Position numbers and translations under genes: made by a program. A DNA stretch of 64,000 bases, from positions 2,294,001 through 2,358,000 of the forward strand of contig CATNEN010000014.1 of assembly GCA_950097015.1 (NCBI GenBank), given 5' to 3'. Under the pieces are notes generated by a model. That model had not been told where the DNA came from. It saw only the letters and a program-made list of their open reading frames with translations, and ran no database searches. Each line of letters begins with the position of its first letter. Within the stretch, counting starts at the first letter, position 1. Below, piece after piece: positions 57,305-64,000 of this stretch. The DNA comes from Macrostomum hystrix. Its lineage: Eukaryota; Animalia; Platyhelminthes.

Positions 57305-58362
57305 ATGAAACAGTAGACACATTGGACACAGTGATATATAGTACAAAATAGGCTTACAGAAGGACAGCTTGCATACTCTGTCCGAGTTGGAGTATTGTAG
57401 CATGTCGCATAATCTGAGTAGGAAGGCTCAACCAGACTCAAAGATTTCAGATCGATAAGGCTGAGAAGAAAGAAATTTGATCTACAAAAGGCGGATGAAA
57501 CGAAAGTAGACAGCAGAGCACAGAGCAAATAGTGAGTGATCTTCAATAAAGTGCAACAAGTTAAAAATGGGAAACAGCTTGGGCCGCGGTTCGTTAGCTG
57601 CCTGTGCAAAAGTACTAAAATAACCTTGCTTTTCGGTCAGTGAGTTGAGACTGCTCTGGTTGGACTCGAGCCTAGCCCTGTCTCATTAGGACCCGCCGTG
57701 AGCATGAGAGGAAGCAATACGTGAGTTGGGGTGCGTGAATTCGCCTGTGTGAGTTTTTGCGCCCAGTGCGATTCGTCAGTAGAGCACATTTGATTTGAGC
57801 AGTGGTGCTCAACTATAATTAGCCAGCTGGTGTGAGACATTGCCGCGTGTTTTCTTTAACGAAGGAATTTTGATTCGGCTGCCCTGGGGACTGCCCGCGG
57901 GCAAGACACAAATGTACTTTTGTGAATCACAATCTGCGCTTCAGTCAGCAGTAAATTGGCTCCTCGCAGGTTAAAGCTTATAGGACTTCAGCCTGAAAAT
58001 TATTGAAGGTCATGACGACGGTTACGATTTTTTCTGTCGATTGATTATTTACTAATTAATTTCTTTTCAATGGTCAGTCTGCGTCTTTTGACGGGGGTGC
58101 ATCAGTTTCTCGGGATGTTTTGTGGCTCACTGCAATGCCCAGCAAATCGATGGACTCTGGGCCTGACCTAAATTTGAGTCGCCTGTCGCGCTCAGCTCAG
58201 CTATCGACTGGCGTAATCACATGGTTGCCATGGTAACACTGCGCTTACCTGTTGATAGAAATGTTAGATGCTCACCATCGATTCAGGCCGAGTTATTTTG
58301 CATTCGATCTAGAAAGACTCACCTGGAGATTGAACAGCCAAAAACTCATGAACATCTACAAT

Positions 58363-61300
58363 TTATCTCTACCAAGCAGTCTCTATACCAATGTGTGTAC
58401 ACTAGCTCATCTGCATTCTATCTCTACCAAGCAGTCTCTATACCAATGTGTGTACACTAGCTCATCTGCATTCTATCCCTACCAAGCAGTCTCTATACCA
58501 ATGTGTGTACACTAGCTCATCTGCATTCTATCTCTACCAAGAAGTCTCTATACCAATGTGTGTACACTAGCTCATCTGCATTCTATCTCTACCAAGCAGT
58601 CTCTATACCAATGTGTGTACACTAGCTCATCTGCATTCTATCTCTACCAAGCAGTCTCTATACCAATGTGTGTACACTAGCTCATCTGCATTCTATCCCT
58701 ACCAAGCAGTCTCTATACCAATGTGTGTACACTAGCTCATCTGCATTCTATCCCTACCAAGCAGTCTCTATACCAATGTGTGTACACTAGCTCACCTGCA
58801 TTCTATCCCTACCAAGCAGTCTCTATACCAATGTGTGTACACTAGCTCACCTGCATTCTATCCCTACCAAGCAGTCTCTATACCAATGTGTGTACACTAG
58901 CTCATCTGCATTCTATCCCTACCAAGCAGTCTCTATACCAATGTGTGTACACTAGCTCATCTGCATTCTATCTCTACCAAGCAGTCTCTATACCAATGTG
59001 TGTACACTAGCTCATCTGCATTCTATCCCTACCAAGCAGTCTCTATACCAATGTGTGTACACTAGCTCATCTGCATTCTATATCTCTCCCAAGCAGACTC
59101 TATACCAATGTGTGTACACTAGCTCATCTGCATTCTATCTCTACCAAGCAGTCTCTATACCAATGTGTGTACACTAGCTCATCTGCATTCTATCCCTACC
59201 AAGCAGTCTCTATACCAATGTGTGTACACTAGCTCATCTGCATTCTATCCCTACCAAGCAGTCTCTATATCAATGTGTGTACACTAGCTCACCTGCATTC
59301 TATCCCTACCAAGCAGTCTCTATACCAATGTGTGTACACTAGCCCATCAATATTCTATCCCTACCAAGCAGTCTCTATACCAATGTGTGTACACTAGCTC
59401 ATCTGCATTCTATTCCTACCAAGCAGTCTCTATACCAATGTGTGTACACTAGCTCATCTGCATTCTATCTCTACCAAGCAGTCTCTATACCAATGTGTGT
59501 ACACTAGCTCATCTGCATTCTATCTATACCAAGCAGTCTCTATACCAATGTGTGTACACTAGCTCATCTGCATTCTATCCCTACCAAGCAGTCTCTATAC
59601 CAATGTGTGTACACTAGCTCATCTGCATTCTATCTCTACCAAACAGTCTCTATACCAATGTGTGTACACTAGCTCATCAATATTCTATCTATACCAAGCA
59701 GTCTCTATACCAATGTGTGTACACTAGCTCATCTGCATTCTATCCCTACCAAGCAGTCTCTATACCAATGTGTGTACACTAGCTCATCTGCATTCTATCT
59801 CTACCAAGCAGACTCTATACCAATGTGTGTACACTAGCTCATCTGCATTCTATCCCTCCCAAGCAGTCTCTATACCAATGTGTGTACACTAGCTCATCTG
59901 CATTCTATCTCTACCAAACAGTCTCTATACCAATGTGTGTACACTAGCTCATCTGCATTCTATCCCTACCAAGCAGTCTCTATACCAATGTGTGTACACT
60001 AGCTCATCTGCATTCTATCTCTACCAAGCAGACTCTATACCAATGTGTGTACACTAGCTCATCTGCATTCTATCCCTACCAAGCAGTCTCTATACCAATG
60101 TGTGTACACTAGCTCATCTGCATTCTATCCCTACCAAGCAGTCTCTATACCAATTTGTGTACACTAGCTCATCTGCATTCTATCTCTACCAAGCAGTCTC
60201 TATACCAATGTGTGTACACTAGCTCATCTGCATTCTATATCTCTCCCAAGCAGACTCTATACCAATGTGTGTACACTAGCTCATCTGCATTCTATCTCTA
60301 CCAAGCAGTCTCTATACCAATGTGTGTACACTAGCTCATCTGCATTCTATATCTCTCCCAAGCAGACTCTATACCAATGTGTGTACACTAGCTCATCTGC
60401 ATTCTATCTATACCAAGCAGTCTCTATACCAATGTGTGTACACTAGCTCATCTGCATTCTATCTCTACCAAGCAGTCTCTATACCAATGTGTGTACACTA
60501 GCTCATCTGCATTCTATCTCTACCAAGCAGTCTCTATACCAATGTGTGTACACTAGCTCATCTGCATTCTATCTATACCAAGCAGTCTCTATACCAATGT
60601 GTGTACACTAGCTCATCTGCATTCTATCTCTACCAAGCAGTCTCTATACCAATGTGTGTACACTAGCTCATCTGCATTCTATCTATACCAAGCAGTCTCT
60701 ATACCAATGTGTGTACACTAGCTCATCTGCATTCTATCCCTACCAAGCAGTCTCTATACCAATGTGTGTACACTAGCTCACCTGCATTCTATCCCTACCA
60801 AGCAGTCTCTATACCAATGTGTGTACACTAGCTCATCTGCATTCTATCTCTACCAAGCAGTCTCTATACCAATGTGTGTACACTAGCTCATCTGCATTCT
60901 ATCTATACCAAGCAGTCTCTATACCAATGTGTGTACACTAGCTCATCTGCATTCTATCTCTACCAAGCAGTCTCTATACCAATGTGTGTACACTATAGCT
61001 CATCTGCATTCTATCTCTACCAAGCAGTCTCTATACCAATGTGTGTACACTAGCTCACCTGCATTCTATCCCTACCAAGCAGTCTCTATACCAATGTGTG
61101 TACACTAGCTCATCTGCATTCTATTCCTACCAAGCAGTCTCTATACCAATGTGTGTACACTAGCTCACCTGCATTCTATCCCTACCAAGCAGTCTCTATA
61201 CCAATGTGTGTACACTAGCTCATCTGCATTCTATCCCTACCAAGCAGTCTCTATACCAATGTGTGTACACTAGCTCATCTGCATTCTATCTCTACCAAGC

Positions 61301-61727
61301 AGTCTCTATACCAATGTGTGTACACTAGCTCATCTGCATTCTATCTCTACCAAGCAGTCTCTATACCAATGTGTGTACACTAGCTCACCTGCATTCTATT
61401 CCTACCAAGCAGTCTCTATACCAATGTGTGTAAACTAGCTCATCTGCATTCTATCCCTACCAAGCAGTCTCTATACCAATGTGTGTACACTAGCTCATCT
61501 GCATTCTATCTCTACCAAGCAGTCTCTATACCAATGTGTGTACACTAGCTCATCTGCATTCTATCTCTACCAAGCAGTCTCTATACCAATGTGTGTACAC
61601 TAGCTCACCTGCATTCTATTCCTACCAAGCAGTCTCTATACCAATGTGTGTACACTAGCTCACCTGCATTCTATCTCTACCAAGCAGACTCTATACCAAT
61701 GTGTGTACACTAGATCATCAATATTCT
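58363..61727. repeat. 55-bp minisatellite, ~61 copies (3.4 kb)
   Basis: TCTATCTCTACCAAGCAGTCTCTATACCAATGTGTGTACACTAGCTCATCTGCAT; period 55 confirmed (58371 vs 58426). Confidence 0.97.
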
Positions 61728-62098
61728 ATTTAGCAAGCTGGTAAAGGTAGAAAGTTCGCTTGATCTTTTAGAAGCAGTGCAAGAGCAGCAGGCATTGTTG
61801 ACACAGCAGCGTTTCTGGAGTCCCTTGCCATCTCGCCATGTAATGCGACTTGGAGTTCTTTAGGGCGAAGGAAAGCTAAATTAGTCTAGGATTGTGGCTG
61901 AGACTGGGCCGTTGCGGCGAGACCTCATGACAGCTGAGGCTTGCACTGAGTCAACAAGGCAGGACTCGGGCCTGTTTTTTCGGCAGTATAAGAGTAAATA
62001 TCTACCGAATGCACGAACCTTCGGTCGAGATACGCGCTGATTCTCGCTGCCTGAGTTATGTTTAAACATGGCCGAGATGTACGTACGACAGAAATTGA

Positions 62099-62748
62099 AC
62101 CAGGCGCAGGTCGGTGAGACGCAGGTCGGTGAGGCGCAGGTCGGTGAGACGCAGGTCGGTGAGGCGCAGGTCGGTGAGACGAAGGTCGGTGAGACGAAGG
62201 TCGGTGAGGCGCAGGTCGGTGAGACGAAGGTCGGTGAGACGAAGGTCGGTGAGATGAAGGTCGGTGAGATGAAGGTCGGTGAGGCGCAGGTCGGTGAGAC
62301 GAAGGTCGGTGAGACGAAGGTCGATGAGACGCAGGTCGGTGAGACGAAGGTCGGTGAGACGAAGGTCGGTGAGACGAAGGTCGGCGAGACGCAAGTCGGT
62401 GAGACGAAGGTCGGTGAGACGAAGGTCGGTGAGATGAAGGTCGGTGAGGCGCAGGTCGGTGAGACGAAGGTCGGTGAGACGAAGGTCGATGAGACGCAGG
62501 TCGGTGAGGCGCAGGTCGGTGAGACGAAGGTCGGTGAGACGAAGGTCGGTGAGACGAAGGTCGGTGAGATGAAGGTCGGTGAGGCGCAGGTCGGTGAGAC
62601 GAACGTCGGTGAGACGAAGGTCGATGAGACGAAGGTCGGTGAGGCGCAGGTCGGTGAGACGCAGGTCGGTGAGACGCAGGTCGATGAGACGCAGGTCGGT
62701 GAGGCGCAGGTCGGTGAGACGAAGGTCGGTGAGGCGCAGGTCCGTGAG
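62099..62748. repeat. 15-bp minisatellite (GCAGGTCGGTGAGAC / GAAGGTCGGTGAGAC), ~43 copies
   Basis: Directly visible; stop-free in the VGETQ/VGETK frame. Confidence 0.95.
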
Positions 62749-62960
62749 GCACCAATGGTTCGCAGAATTCGCCATTCGACCAGCAGCAACTGTGTCGCAC
62801 AGCTGTCACAAGCAATGGAGCAGCCACGCAGGCACAGCACTATCTTTCCGCAGCAGCAACATCTTGTACTTCAGCGTCCTAGGCGAGGTAGAATGTTCAG
62901 TCTATTTCATTGGGAAAGCGCCGCTGAAGCTCTGCGATGGCAACAGCCAGCTGGTACAAA
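62740..62960 (+). CDS. Penultimate exon (5' limit unknown) of an unidentified plus-strand gene
   Basis: Open frame VREAPMVRRIRHS...WQQPAGT; donor AA|GTAAG at 62961 (phase 2) matches the phase-2 acceptor at 63230. Confidence 0.45.
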
Positions 62961-63230
62961 GTAAGATTACGGAAATGAAAGTTAACAACTTTGCGTACCA
63001 TAGCTTTCAATTAGTAGAACATTTTATGACCATATTCAATGATTGGGATTTGAGTAAACATGAATTCAAGTAAGTTGAAATTTTATTGAATCGGGATTTC
63101 AGTGAAACAAGATTTCAAAAAACTGGGATTTGAAAGAATCGGGATTTAATTTGGATTTTGATTTGAGTTATTTGGGATTTCAGTGAATTGTGTTTGAGAA
63201 AGAAAGCTTGACTTTGTTGTTAATTTTCAG

Positions 63231-63234
63231 CCGT

Positions 63235-63272
<38 letters not shown>

Positions 63273-63666
63273 TCCCAGCTGCCCTACGCGCCGCTTTCAA
63301 TCAGCGGACAACTATTATCCTATAGCCTACGTGCTGCGGGAAGAGGACTTGCAGTCCGCGGACACTCACCCGGTCTCCGAGCGGACTCGCACCGTGGAGC
63401 TGCTGCCCCAGGCTGACGGCCGGGACGCCACCGTTCGCATTGTTGCTGAAGCCCGGCTAGCGCCGACGCAGCCACCGGAGCGGCCGCCGCATCTGCCGGC
63501 GTCGCCCTACGCCTACGTGCCGGGGCGACGGCTGGCACCGAGCCGCTCAACAGAAGCTGCTCCGTCAGAAACGAGGCGCAGGCCAGCCTCTTCAACTGTG
63601 GCAGCAGTCGGAGCGAGTGAGTCAAGCAGAGTCAGGCAGTTGGTGGCAAGGTTTCAAGAGGGGTAG
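63231..63666 (+). CDS. Terminal exon of an unidentified plus-strand gene (poly-Q, Pro-rich, ends SRVRQLVARFQEG)
   Basis: Acceptor TAATTTTCAG; GC-rich open frame to the stop at 63666. Confidence 0.6.
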
Positions 63667-63704
63667 CTGTCTACTCAAGACCTTGGCTTATCTATGGTAG
63701 AAAC

Positions 63705-64000
63705 TGCTCGTCAAGTTGATAACCTGTTCGTCAAGCTCATACCTGTTCGTCAAGTTGATAACCTGTTCGTCAAGCTCATACCTGTTCGTCAAGCTCATAC
63801 CTGTTCGTCAAGCTCATACCTGTTCGTCAAGCTCATACCTGTTCGTCAAGCTCATACCTGTTCGTCAAGCTCATACCTGTTCGTCAAGCTCATACCTGTT
63901 CGTCAAGCTCATACCTGTTCGTCAAGCTCATACCTGTTCGTCAAGCTCATACCTGTTCGTCAAGCTCATACCTGTTCGTCAAGCTCATACCTGTTCGTCA
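63705..64000. repeat. 19-bp minisatellite (CCTGTTCGTCAAGCTCATA) running off the window end
   Basis: Directly visible. Confidence 0.95.

Noticed and set aside
61730-61838. Possible plus-strand exon (KLVKVESSLDLLEAVQEQQ...) right after the 55-bp array
   Set aside because: Plausible splice sites, but I could not join it unambiguously to up- or downstream exons, so it is left uncalled.

Overview
Eukaryotic (metazoan) genomic DNA with spliceosomal GT-AG introns and no prokaryotic features. The gene content, very short 50-90 nt introns, GC/Ala/Gly-rich exons and extreme minisatellite load resemble a free-living flatworm such as Macrostomum; this is an inference and was not verified. Genes assembled by hand from splice signals and reading-frame continuity: (1) an 8-exon, ~757-aa UPF0489/C5orf22-family protein with an N-terminal membrane anchor (minus, 2352-7236); (2) a single-exon somatostatin/allatostatin-C-type rhodopsin GPCR (minus, 20891-22219); (3,4) two tandem myristoylated neuronal-calcium-sensor-like EF-hand paralogues (plus, 23639-25774 and 26499-28183), the second lacking its canonical first splice donor; (5) tropomodulin (plus, 33044-38174); (6) a divergent orphan 7TM receptor (minus, 41808-44040); (7) a highly divergent Cys-loop ligand-gated ion channel subunit (minus, 46964-~49898); (8) an orphan 2-TM Cys-rich protein (minus, 55389-56396); (9) the 3' end of an unidentified plus-strand gene (~62068-63666). 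Mobile DNA comprises a decayed RNase H-bearing non-LTR retrotransposon, a Merlin/IS1595-type transposase remnant, a hAT-like MITE and two tRNA-derived SINE families, one nested in the other. About 30 unrelated tandem arrays cover roughly 24-25 kb (~38%), and most introns longer than ~300 nt contain their own array. The most unusual signal is that several minisatellite units are themselves splice-signal cassettes: branch+pyrimidine+CAG, GTGAGT donors, or CAG|GT junctions. One of them looks like a candidate intron gain by tandem duplication. No CRISPR array is present.
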